Assembly: GCA_041650835.1 (NCBI GenBank)
Contig: JBAZKL010000003.1
Location: forward strand, 227,682-291,681
Length of the DNA: 64,000 bases
DNA from: Candidatus Omnitrophota bacterium
Lineage (GTDB): Bacteria; Omnitrophota; Gorgyraeia; Gygaellales; Profunditerraquicolaceae
Reading direction: 5' to 3'
Both the position numbers and the translations under genes were made by a program. The notes under the pieces were generated by a model. The model searched no databases, had not been told where the DNA came from, and saw only the letters and a program-made list of their open reading frames with translations. Shown piece after piece: positions 28,750 through 38,116 of the stretch (position 1 is its first letter; every line of letters begins with the position of its first letter).

Positions 28750-29607
28750 TCACCATTTTACAGCGCCTGAATCAAACACCGGGCCGTCTTTACAGACGCG
28801 CTTATATCCATCGGTAGTCTTGACCACGCACCCTAAACAAGCGCCGATACCGCAAGCCATATGCTCCTCTAACGACAGCTGCGCGGGGATATTTTTCTCA
28901 CCTGCAATACGGCTTACTTCTTTTAACATCGGCTGAGGGCCGCAGGCATAGAGAGTCGACGGTCGATGGTCAATGGTCGATAGTACGGTATCAAGCAAAT
29001 CAGTAACGTATCCTTTATGCCCTAGAGAACCGTCGTCAGTAGAGATCTTCACCTCATGCCCTGATTTCTCGAATTCATTTTTGCAAAGAATTTGTTTTCT
29101 TGTTTTACCACCGATCAAAACAATTCCCTTGAAACGTTCGGCCTGCAGCCTGCGGCCGGCGGCTGATAATTGTTCCGCCAGGAAAACAAGCGGGGCCACT
29201 CCCATACCTCCCGCCACTAATATCGGGTACCGGGCATTATCTATCGTGAAACCGTTGCCTAAAGGACCAAGGATATCGCAAGAATCTCCGGGCTTTTTTT
29301 CTGCTAACGCTGCCGTACCCTTGCCGCGGATCTCATACAGAATGGTCACGGTTGTCGGTGATCGGTGATCGGTGATCGATTTTCGGCCAGCAGGGTCACC
29401 GAGTACCGAATGAATTCCGAAGGGCCTGCGTAATAACGGCGAACCGCTCTCGGAAACCTGAACTTCTAAAAATTGACCGGGGACAGCCTTCGCCGCGATC
29501 CGGGCAGATAAAAGGGACATTCTATAATAATCCTGCCCCGCCGGCGCGTTACTTATTACCCGGGCTTTTTCCTGGAACATCTTTTTCTTCATGGTCATTT
29601 CTGGCAT
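28750..29607 (-). CDS. pyrK: dihydroorotate dehydrogenase electron-transfer subunit (FAD/2Fe-2S) carrying two in-frame short-repeat insertions
   Basis: 285 aa; RPFGIHS, C-terminal CGIGACLGCV Fe-S motif; insert SITDHRSPTT encoded by (GGTGATC)x3 at 29355-29380 and STIDHRPSTL encoded by GACCAT-type repeats at 28945-28973. Confidence 0.85.
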   Translation of the reverse strand: MPEMTMKKKMFQEKARVISNAPAGQDYYRMSLLSARIAAKAVPGQFLEVQVSESGSPLLRRPFGIHSVLGDPAGRKSITDHRSPTTVTILYEIRGKGTAALAEKKPGDSCDILGPLGNGFTIDNARYPILVAGGMGVAPLVFLAEQLSAAGRRLQAERFKGIVLIGGKTRKQILCKNEFEKSGHEVKISTDDGSLGHKGYVTDLLDTVLSTIDHRPSTLYACGPQPMLKEVSRIAGEKNIPAQLSLEEHMACGIGACLGCVVKTTDGYKRVCKDGPVFDSGAVKW

Positions 29608-30410
29608 TGGGGGCAGAAATATGTTCCCCTTCCGCCCAGAGCGGTCCTTTTTACTGCTGTTTTACAAACCGGGCAGGGCTTTCCTTCCCGTCCATAAACT
29701 TTATGGTATTGAACATAATCCCCCGCCTCACCCGAAAGCTGCACATACTGGTCGATCGAAGACCCCTTATGTTGTATAGCCTCCTTCAGGGTATCGATGA
29801 TCTCCTTAAATAACAATTCTTTTTCTTTGCCGGTAAGGCTATTAGCCGGCCGCGCGGGATTGATCCCGGCCCTGAATAATGCCTCAGCCGCGTAAAGATT
29901 GCCGACACCCGAAAGAAATCCCTGATCCATTAATAAAGGCTTTATCCTGGTTTTCTTGCCGCCGAGCATTACCTTAAATCTATCGCTGTCGATATCGAAA
30001 GGCTCCGGCCCCAACCCTTGAATGAATTTCAGGGATTTCCAATCATCAATTAACCGTAACTCGCCGAAGAGGCGGCGGTCATTAAAATCAAGCAGTTTCC
30101 CGTTAGACAATTTAAAACTGACGCGGCTTTGCGCAGCGTCCCCGGGATAAACCAGTTGTCCGGTCATCTTTAAATGCACGGCGAGCGATTTGCCGCAAGA
30201 CAATTCCAGGATCAAAAGCTTCCCCTTACGCAGGATGTTTTTTATAACGCAGTTCTTTATTTCTTTGACAAAAACATCCCTGCTCGGCTCACGGATGACC
30301 CGGGGATTATTAATAATGACATCCGCGATCTTCTTCCCCAGGACCGCTTTTTCCAATTCACGCTTTATAGTTTCAACTTCAGGCAGTTCCGGCATGAGCT
30401 TACCCCTCAA
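29595..30410 (-). CDS. mutM: formamidopyrimidine-DNA glycosylase
   Basis: 271 aa; N-terminal MPELPEVE (catalytic Pro2/Glu3), C-terminal zinc finger CPVC...CPQC. Confidence 0.9.
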   Translation of the reverse strand: MRGKLMPELPEVETIKRELEKAVLGKKIADVIINNPRVIREPSRDVFVKEIKNCVIKNILRKGKLLILELSCGKSLAVHLKMTGQLVYPGDAAQSRVSFKLSNGKLLDFNDRRLFGELRLIDDWKSLKFIQGLGPEPFDIDSDRFKVMLGGKKTRIKPLLMDQGFLSGVGNLYAAEALFRAGINPARPANSLTGKEKELLFKEIIDTLKEAIQHKGSSIDQYVQLSGEAGDYVQYHKVYGREGKPCPVCKTAVKRTALGGRGTYFCPQCQK

Positions 30411-30796
30411 ATTACCTTGACCCAGATCTCCCGGTTACGAGGCCCGTCACTTTCACAAAAATATATCCCCTGCCAGGTCCCGAGCATAAGCCGGTTGTTT
30501 TCAACGATGATTGTCAACGAAGCGCCGAATAAAGAAGATTTAATGTGGCTGTCGGAATTGCCTTCTTGATGGGCATACCCGGCATTTTCCGGAATAAGCT
30601 TATTAAGCGTTTTAAGAATATCCGCCCGCACTGACGGATCCGCATTCTCATTAATAGTCAAACCCGCCGTTGTGTGCGGACAAAAAACAACACAGAGCCC
30701 GTCGCTTACCCTGCCGCGTTCGATGATACCGCCGACCGTCTCCGTAATATCAAGTAATTCAACGCGGTTATTTGTTTTTATCCTTATCTTTTCCAC
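30407..30796 (-). CDS. yjbQ: YjbQ/UPF0047 family protein (secondary thiamine-phosphate synthase enzyme)
   Basis: 129 aa; TTAGLTINENADPSVRADI motif. Confidence 0.8.
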   Translation of the reverse strand: MEKIRIKTNNRVELLDITETVGGIIERGRVSDGLCVVFCPHTTAGLTINENADPSVRADILKTLNKLIPENAGYAHQEGNSDSHIKSSLFGASLTIIVENNRLMLGTWQGIYFCESDGPRNREIWVKVI

Positions 30797-30805
30797 TTTT
30801 TTACC

Positions 30806-30862
30806 TTGAATGAGCCGTGCCTCTGGCGTTTATGGCTCATTCATCCCGAGCTCCGTCGAGGG
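30806..30862. repeat. hairpin element TTGAATGAGCCGTGCCTCTGGCGTTTATGGCTCATTCATCCCGAGCTCCGTCGAGGG, copy b
   Basis: See 28671-28727. Confidence 0.8.
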
Positions 30863-30949
30863 ATATCTCCTATCTGACATGCGACCTGAAACCTGCAGAC
30901 TGATCCTCCGATCTCCGGACACCCGATAGTCCCGGATTTCCGGTTCCCC

Positions 30950-30983
30950 GGACCAACCTTGACCATAGACCATCGACCATGGA
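30950..30983. repeat. tandem NGACCAT heptamer repeats immediately 3' of carB
   Basis: GGACCAACCTTGACCATAGACCATCGACCATGGAC. Confidence 0.6.
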
Positions 30984-32642
30984 CTACTTGCGTCTTGCGT
31001 CGAGTGACTTGCGGCTTACGGCTTTTCTACCCTGAGCTTGCCGAAAGGTGGCTATCCCCTGATATTCCTGGATCGACTTAACATCCAGATCTTTTTTAAC
31101 CAGGACCTCGATCGCGTTGACAGTCGCCTGCGCCCCGGAAATCGTAGTAGTATAAGCGATATTGTAGGTAATGACACAGGAGCGGATCTTAACTTCATCC
31201 TGACGGGGCATCCTGCCCGAAGGGGTATTGATCACCATTTGGATCTTGCCGTCTTTCATCAGGTCAAGCACATTCGGCCTGCCTTCGGCGATCTTCGGCA
31301 GGATATTCACCGCGATATCGTTGCGTTTGAGCACTGCCGCTGTCCCGGAAGTCGAATATATATTAAACTTCAGGTCCTGCAGTTTTTTCGCGATAGAAAC
31401 TATCGAACGCTTATCTTTATCCCTGACGGAAATAAAAACATTTCCGCTGCGGGGGAGCTTTTGCCCCGCGGCGAGCTGGCTCTTAACAAACGCCCTGCCG
31501 AAATCAACGTCGATCCCCATGACCTCTCCGGTTGATTTCATTTCCGGGCCCAAAATAACATCTACTCCCGGGAAGCGGTTAAACGGGAAGACGGATTCTT
31601 TTACCGCGACATGTTGCGGAACGGGCTCACGGGTAAAGCCTAAATCCTTCAATTTCTGCCCCAGCATGACCTTGGTTGCCAGCTTTGCCAGCGGCACACC
31701 AATCACCTTAGAAACAAACGGGACAGTCCGTGAAGCGCGAGGATTGACTTCTAAGACATAAACTTTATCGTCTTTGATAGCGTATTGCACATTCATAAGC
31801 CCTAAGACACGCAGCTCCCGGGCCATCTTGCAGGTAGCTTCCCTGACCTTATCCAGCAGCTCTTTGGACAGGGTATATGTCGGAAGAGTCATCGCGGAAT
31901 CCCCCGAATGGATCCCGGCTTCTTCAATATGCTCCATGATCCCTCCGATAACAAAGTCCTCTGCGTCACCGATCAAATCCACATCGACCTCGATCGCATC
32001 TTCCAGGAATTTATCTATTAACACGGGGTGGTCGCCGGAAACACGGGCAGCCTCAACGATAAACTTTTCCAGCATACTTTCTTCATAAACGATCTCCATT
32101 GCCCGCCCGCCCAGGACATAGGAAGGCCTGACCAGGACCGGGAATCCGATCTTCCGCGCCACGGAAAGCGCTTCTTCATAATTAAACGCCGTACCGTTCT
32201 CCGGCTGTAAAAGATCCAGCTTTTCAAGCATCTGCTTAAATCTTTTTCTGTCTTCTGCTATGTCAATGGCGTCGGCACTGGTCCCGAGGATATTGACCCC
32301 TGCCTTACGCAGCGGTAGCGCTAAATTAAGAGGCGTCTGTCCGCCGAACTGAACGATCACCCCCATCGGTTTTTCCGCTTCGAGGATAGTCATAATATCT
32401 TCAAAGGTAAGCGGCTCAAAATAAAGGCGGTCTGAAGTATCGTAATCGGTCGATACGGTTTCGGGATTACAATTAACCATGATGCTATCGACACCCTCTT
32501 CCCGCAGCGCGTAAGCGGCATGGCAGCAGCAATAATCAAATTCGATCCCCTGGCCGATACGATTCGGCCCGCCGCCTAAGATCACAACCTTCTTTTTGGG
32601 GGTATCGTTTAATCCTTTATTATTTTTATATTGATCCTGCAC
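30984..32642 (-). CDS. carB: carbamoyl-phosphate synthase large subunit, C-terminal half only (split CarB: second ATP-grasp + MGS-like domain)
   Basis: 552 aa beginning [32 protein letters not shown]...[23 protein letters not shown], which aligns to residues ~550 onward of canonical 1070-aa CarB; no N-terminal half is adjacent. Confidence 0.85.
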   Translation of the reverse strand: MQDQYKNNKGLNDTPKKKVVILGGGPNRIGQGIEFDYCCCHAAYALREEGVDSIMVNCNPETVSTDYDTSDRLYFEPLTFEDIMTILEAEKPMGVIVQFGGQTPLNLALPLRKAGVNILGTSADAIDIAEDRKRFKQMLEKLDLLQPENGTAFNYEEALSVARKIGFPVLVRPSYVLGGRAMEIVYEESMLEKFIVEAARVSGDHPVLIDKFLEDAIEVDVDLIGDAEDFVIGGIMEHIEEAGIHSGDSAMTLPTYTLSKELLDKVREATCKMARELRVLGLMNVQYAIKDDKVYVLEVNPRASRTVPFVSKVIGVPLAKLATKVMLGQKLKDLGFTREPVPQHVAVKESVFPFNRFPGVDVILGPEMKSTGEVMGIDVDFGRAFVKSQLAAGQKLPRSGNVFISVRDKDKRSIVSIAKKLQDLKFNIYSTSGTAAVLKRNDIAVNILPKIAEGRPNVLDLMKDGKIQMVINTPSGRMPRQDEVKIRSCVITYNIAYTTTISGAQATVNAIEVLVKKDLDVKSIQEYQGIATFRQAQGRKAVSRKSLDARRK

Positions 32643-32703
32643 TCAATCCTCCCGACAAAGCAATTTATTATAATTTGGCAACAATATTATTAAGGCAAAT
32701 TTA

Positions 32704-32775
32704 TGCGCCTGGCGGGAATCGAACCTGCACACCCAGCTCCGGAGGCTGGTGCCCTATCCTTTGGGCCACAGGCGC
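32704..32775 (-). tRNA. tRNA-Arg (anticodon CCG)
   Basis: Acceptor GCGCCTG/CAGGCGC, anticodon arm CCAGC-CTCCGGA-GCTGG, T-loop GGTTCGATTCC; 72 nt, one A-C mismatch in T-stem. Confidence 0.8.
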
Positions 32776-32867
32776 ATTATTTAACTTATATCCGCCTCGT
32801 GGTGAGCTTAGTCGAACCACAGGCGCATTAATTTAGTTGACCTTATTTACCCGATAAAAATCCATAT

Positions 32868-34109
32868 TTAAAACAAACTTAACTGCTGATCATGGCTTTC
32901 CTGATTCGAATCTTGCTCGCCGAAAATCGAGATAATGCCATACTCTCCGTCATAACCTGCCTTGATATTTACTTTTCCTTCACGCACCCGTAACACCCCT
33001 TCGGCAATGCGTTTAGGCAGGCCTCTTTGCAGGTCTTCCCCGGAAGCTCTCAACAATATATCGAATTCCGTCCCGAATTTTGCCACCAGGCTCATATATT
33101 CACGCTCGACAGAAACAGCGCCTTTAGCTACCCCTTTTGCCTCCGCGATGATCTCATCGAACGGGATCATGCGCTTAAAGGGAACGCTTGTTTCCGGCAC
33201 AATCCCTTCCGGCCGGTCCGCGAGCTGCGCGACGCGATTCATTACCCCGACCGTCACCGGCTTGCCGCATTTCGGGCACTTGCCGTTATTCTTTTTAGTC
33301 TCTTGCGGCGACAAACGGCTTTCGCACAGGCGATGCCCGTCATAATGATACTTGCCTTCTTCCGGGAAAAATTCTATCGTGTATAAAAACCTTTTATTAT
33401 CTTTAGTCCTCAAGACATCGCGGATCGTTCTATAATCCAGTTCGCAGTTAAAAACATTTGCCTCACGGCCTATTCTTTGAGGAGAATGTGAATCGCTGTT
33501 GGATACCAGGCTGAAGCGGTCTAAAGCGCTCAACCTCCAATTCATCGCCGGGTCACTCGACAATCCCGTCTCCAGCGCGAATATTTTCGGCGTCTGGGCC
33601 TCAAAACAATCCTCTATCCGGTCGAATCCCGACATAGAGCCGAATACTGAAAACCAGGGAGTCCAGATATGCCCGGGAATAACCATGCAATTTTCATCGA
33701 TATCAAAAACAATGCGCGCCAATTCAGCCGCATCCAATCCCAGGATCGGACGGCCGTCGGATGCCAGGTTCCCGCAGCGGGAAAGCACCTCATTGATCTT
33801 ATCGGTTGTTTTAAACGAAGGGCTCAGCACTATATTATGGACCCGATAAGTCCGGCCGTTCTTGGAATAGATACTGCTTATCTCCGATGATAAAATAAAA
33901 TAGATACCGTTATATTTAAAAAGCCCGTTTCCCAGGTCTTCAAGCTTATTCTTGAGCTCCTCCAGCCACAAGTGATAGGTAAAATCACCTGTCCCCATCA
34001 ACGTAATACCCTTAAGCTTGGCCCATTGCGCGATATGCTCAACATCCATATTGCGGCTGGTGGCCCGGCTGTATTTAGAGTGAATATGAAAATCAGCGAT
34101 AAACTCCAT
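32868..34109 (-). CDS. endonuclease Q-like PHP-domain nuclease with C-terminal zinc ribbon
   Basis: 413 aa; ADFHIHSKYSRATS, GTGD, GHIWTPW, SNSDSHSP, CPKCG motifs match archaeal/bacterial EndoQ signature blocks (recalled from memory, not aligned). Confidence 0.75.
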   Translation of the reverse strand: MEFIADFHIHSKYSRATSRNMDVEHIAQWAKLKGITLMGTGDFTYHLWLEELKNKLEDLGNGLFKYNGIYFILSSEISSIYSKNGRTYRVHNIVLSPSFKTTDKINEVLSRCGNLASDGRPILGLDAAELARIVFDIDENCMVIPGHIWTPWFSVFGSMSGFDRIEDCFEAQTPKIFALETGLSSDPAMNWRLSALDRFSLVSNSDSHSPQRIGREANVFNCELDYRTIRDVLRTKDNKRFLYTIEFFPEEGKYHYDGHRLCESRLSPQETKKNNGKCPKCGKPVTVGVMNRVAQLADRPEGIVPETSVPFKRMIPFDEIIAEAKGVAKGAVSVEREYMSLVAKFGTEFDILLRASGEDLQRGLPKRIAEGVLRVREGKVNIKAGYDGEYGIISIFGEQDSNQESHDQQLSLF

Positions 34110-34196
34110 AATCGTTATTATCGTTAGGTTCGTTAGTGCCGTTAGTTTCGTTCAACGGATTAAACGAATTTAACGGCACTAACGATATTAACGAAA
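34110..34196. repeat. tandem TAACGA(N2) octamer repeats forming the entire 87-bp spacer between Mut7-C stop and endoQ start; internally palindromic
   Basis: Minus-strand reading ...AACGAAACTAACGGCACTAACGAACCTAACGATAATAACGATT-ATG; related arrays precede pyrR (37448-37490) and rsmI (47755-47820). Confidence 0.7.
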
Positions 34197-34649
34197 CTAA
34201 CCTAATATCTCTTTTAATACACTATTTACATTTCCCCAATGTGTCCCCTGCCAATATACCCGCGAGCATTTTTCACAGATAAAAAACTTCTCTTGGGTTT
34301 GAAAAACATATTCAGGGACAAGGGCTTTTACCTCTGCTTTAACTTTAGGCTTTAAGGCCGTATTGCAGAGCGTACACCTGGTAAACATCATACCAGAAAC
34401 CGGCTCAATACTCAATGTTTTTAACAGCTCCGCGAGCTGTTCTTTAACCCGCTCATTTTTGATAACTACGGTCCTTAACCCTCTTGATGGCGCACGTTGA
34501 CGGGTCCGCGTGACAATGATCCTGCCGTCTTGTAACGCCCGGAGCATTAAAGAAGCTCTCTTATCGCCCAAAAAACATTGCGTATCGTAACCTAAGATTC
34601 TTAACCACGTTACAAGCCTGCCTAATTCTTTGGTCAGAATGAATTTCAT
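34197..34649 (-). CDS. Mut7-C RNase domain protein (PIN-like + C-terminal zinc ribbon)
   Basis: 150 aa; CTLCNTAL...CEKC zinc ribbon and N-terminal PIN-like segment. Confidence 0.65.
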   Translation of the reverse strand: MKFILTKELGRLVTWLRILGYDTQCFLGDKRASLMLRALQDGRIIVTRTRQRAPSRGLRTVVIKNERVKEQLAELLKTLSIEPVSGMMFTRCTLCNTALKPKVKAEVKALVPEYVFQTQEKFFICEKCSRVYWQGTHWGNVNSVLKEILG

Positions 34650-34694
34650 CTGCGCGAGCCCTTAAAGGAAACAAATCAAGAGATAGTAGGGATA

Positions 34695-35975
34695 TTACCC
34701 GGCGCTCTGATACGCTACTTTGCCGTTACAAATCGTATAGGTAACTACCCCTGACAGGTTCTTTCCCAGAAACGCGGAGTTTTTAGACAGGGAAGCGATA
34801 TTTTCTTTTTGCACGCTCCACTTTTGATCCGGAGAAACAACAATGATATCGGCATCGCTGCCGATCGACAATGTCCCTTTATTAACGCCTAAGATCCGCG
34901 CCGGGTTCAACGACAACGCGGCCGCCAGGGCATCCCAGCAAATAATCCCGGGAACGATCAATTCAGTGATACTCACCGCTAATTCGGTTTCCAGGCCGAT
35001 GACGCCGAATTCCGCGCGGTCGAATTCAATCGCTTTTTCATGCTCGGTATGCGGGGCATGGTCGGAAGCGATCGCGTCTATCGTTCCATCTTTTAATCCT
35101 TTTTTAACCGCCGCGACATCCTCTTTCGTGCGAAGCGGCGGATTCATCTTTAAATTCGTATCGTAGCCCAGCAAAGACTCTTCGCTCAGCGAGAAATAAT
35201 GAGGCGCTGTTTCGGCAGTGACCCTGATGCCTCTTTTTTTAGCGCGGGCGATGATCTCAACCGATTCTTTGCAGCTGACGTGAGCGATATGCACCGCGGC
35301 ATCAGCCTTCTCCGCCAGTTGAATATCCCGCTCGATGCGCGCGTATTCCGATTCCCGGGAAATACCGCGTAACCCCAGCCGTGTTGAAATACTGCCAAGA
35401 TTCACTACCCCTCCTGCGCTCTGCGACTTATCCTCGCAATGGCAGATAACCGCGACATTATTTTCCCGGGCATTTTTCAGCGCTTCCACCATGAGCGCTT
35501 CGGAATCAACTGAAGCGCCGTCATCGGAAACCGCGACAATTCCCTGCTTCTTGAGCGCGGACATATCGGTCAATTCCATGCCCAGCCGGCCTTTAGTAAT
35601 GGCGCCGCAGATAAAAACATTTGTATGCGCGGTTTTTTCAATGATCCCTTGCAAAAAAGCGATCCGTTCAACGCTGTCCATAGCGGGATTAGTATTGGGC
35701 ATCGCCAAAACGCTCGTTACTCCGCCCTTAAGCGCAGCACGAGTGCCGGAAGCGATGTTTTCTTTATCTTCGCGCCCGGGTTCCCGTAAATGCACATGCA
35801 TATCGACCAATCCCGGCATAACGATCATTCCGGAAGCGTCAAGTGAAGTATCGGCCTTTACTTTTATGCCGGAAGCGACCCTGGATATCCGGGAGCCCTC
35901 CACCAAAACATCGCGCACTTCATCTATTTTATTTGCCGGATCGACCACACGGCCGTTTTTGATCAGTAAACTCAT
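34695..35975 (-). CDS. pyrC: dihydroorotase
   Basis: 426 aa; PGLVDMHVHLREPG metal-binding motif. Confidence 0.9.
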   Translation of the reverse strand: MSLLIKNGRVVDPANKIDEVRDVLVEGSRISRVASGIKVKADTSLDASGMIVMPGLVDMHVHLREPGREDKENIASGTRAALKGGVTSVLAMPNTNPAMDSVERIAFLQGIIEKTAHTNVFICGAITKGRLGMELTDMSALKKQGIVAVSDDGASVDSEALMVEALKNARENNVAVICHCEDKSQSAGGVVNLGSISTRLGLRGISRESEYARIERDIQLAEKADAAVHIAHVSCKESVEIIARAKKRGIRVTAETAPHYFSLSEESLLGYDTNLKMNPPLRTKEDVAAVKKGLKDGTIDAIASDHAPHTEHEKAIEFDRAEFGVIGLETELAVSITELIVPGIICWDALAAALSLNPARILGVNKGTLSIGSDADIIVVSPDQKWSVQKENIASLSKNSAFLGKNLSGVVTYTICNGKVAYQSAG

Positions 35976-36904
35976 TTTTCCTGCCCCTCGCCCTGCGCTA
36001 CCAGGAAAAGCACCGCCATTCGCACCGCGATACCATTGGTCACCTGCTCCAGGATGACCGAATTCGCCCCGTCGGCGACTTCGCTGGAGATCTCTATCCC
36101 CCGGTTTAAAGGCCCCGGATGCATCACAATAATGTTTTTTTTCGCTTTTTGCAGCCGTTCTTTGGTGATCCCGAAATTCTTAAAATATTCCACCTGCTTC
36201 GGGAAGGCGTTTTGCCCGTCGCGTTCAAATTGCATCCGCAGGACATTCACGGCATCGGCGTCATGGAGGGCTTCGTCTATATCATAGGAAACCCTGACCC
36301 CCATTTCTTCGATCGCCGGCGGGATCAATATTTCAGGGGCGCATACCGTCACCTCAGCCCCCAGCTTTATCAAACCCCAGATATTCGAACGCGCCACCCG
36401 CGAATGCGCGATATCCCCGACGATACTGACCTTAAGCCCGTCTATCTTCCCCAGTTTTTCCTTTAAGGTGAACATGTCCAGGAGCGCCTGCGTCGGATGC
36501 TCGTGCCAGCCGTCCCCGGCATTGACGACGCTGATATTCAAATGCCTTGCCAGCATCATGGCCGCGCCCGAATAATTATGGCGGATCACAATGATATCGG
36601 CATTGAGCGCCTGGATATTGGTGCCGGTATCAATAAGTGTTTCGCCTTTTTTAACGCTGGAGGTCTCTGTTTCAATATTGATAACGTCGGCGGATAAACG
36701 CTTTGCCGCTACTTCAAAAGAAACCCGCGTGCGCGTTGAAGGCTCATAAAAAAGATTCACCACCGTCTTGCCGCGCAGCGCCGGGACTTTTTTGATCTGG
36801 CGGGAGGAGACCTCCTTAAACGAATCGGCAGTCGATAAAATAAGCTCTATCTCTTCCCTGCTTAGATCATCCAGCCCCAAGAGATCTTTGCGCGTCCAGA
36901 CCAT
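35972..36904 (-). CDS. pyrB: aspartate carbamoyltransferase catalytic subunit
   Basis: 310 aa; STRTRVSFE carbamoyl-phosphate binding motif, HPTQ motif. Confidence 0.9.
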   Translation of the reverse strand: MVWTRKDLLGLDDLSREEIELILSTADSFKEVSSRQIKKVPALRGKTVVNLFYEPSTRTRVSFEVAAKRLSADVINIETETSSVKKGETLIDTGTNIQALNADIIVIRHNYSGAAMMLARHLNISVVNAGDGWHEHPTQALLDMFTLKEKLGKIDGLKVSIVGDIAHSRVARSNIWGLIKLGAEVTVCAPEILIPPAIEEMGVRVSYDIDEALHDADAVNVLRMQFERDGQNAFPKQVEYFKNFGITKERLQKAKKNIIVMHPGPLNRGIEISSEVADGANSVILEQVTNGIAVRMAVLFLVAQGEGQEK

Positions 36905-36907
36905 GGA

Positions 36908-37490
<583 letters not shown>

Positions 37491-37870
37491 ATCCCTCGCG
37501 CACACGCTTGCACGCTTCGGGATATTTCGGCCATACAACTTACGTTCGCTTACGCTCCGTGCTGCTCCGCTTCCCTCGCGTTAACGCTTGAAAATTTCTG
37601 CGAAATTTTCTGCGCACGCTTCGGGATTAATTCGCAGACGGCCTTCGGCCTACACTTTACGTTCGCTTACGCTCCGTAAAGTGTCTGCTCATTAAAAAAA
37701 AACCCAACGGCTTATTATGCGGTTGGGATATGATTTTTTAAGGTCGTGAAGCATTTTTCTCTACCTTGCCGGCTTCTCATGAGCCAGCTTAAAGGCCTCT
37801 TTGTATTTAAATAAATATACCACCTCCGGGGGCGTTTGTCAAGGTAAATGACAAGGATGAGGATGACGGA

Positions 37871-38004
37871 AAAGTTTAAAGGATAAAGCTTAAAGAACAA
37901 AGGAAAATCAAAGATTAAAGGTTAAATTTTAAAATTACCTGCCGGCAGATAGGAAGTTTAAGAATTAAACCTTAGACCTTTAACCTTCCCTTGTTATTTA
38001 AACT
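37871..38004. repeat. AT-rich palindromic intergenic element, copy 3 (centre CCTGCCGGCAG)
   Basis: ...AAGATTAAAGGTTAAATTTTAAAATTACCTGCCGGCAGATAGGAAGTTTAAGAATTAAACCTTAGACCTTTAACCTTCCCTTGTT... Confidence 0.8.
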
Positions 38005-38116
38005 TTAGCCTTTATCATTACCCCTGTTGCTAAATAATAAAAAGAAGGGGTGCTCAAGAGACGTCCTATGGGGGCTGATAAACCAAAGGGCGGGAACACC
38101 CCTCCTGAACTGCTTA

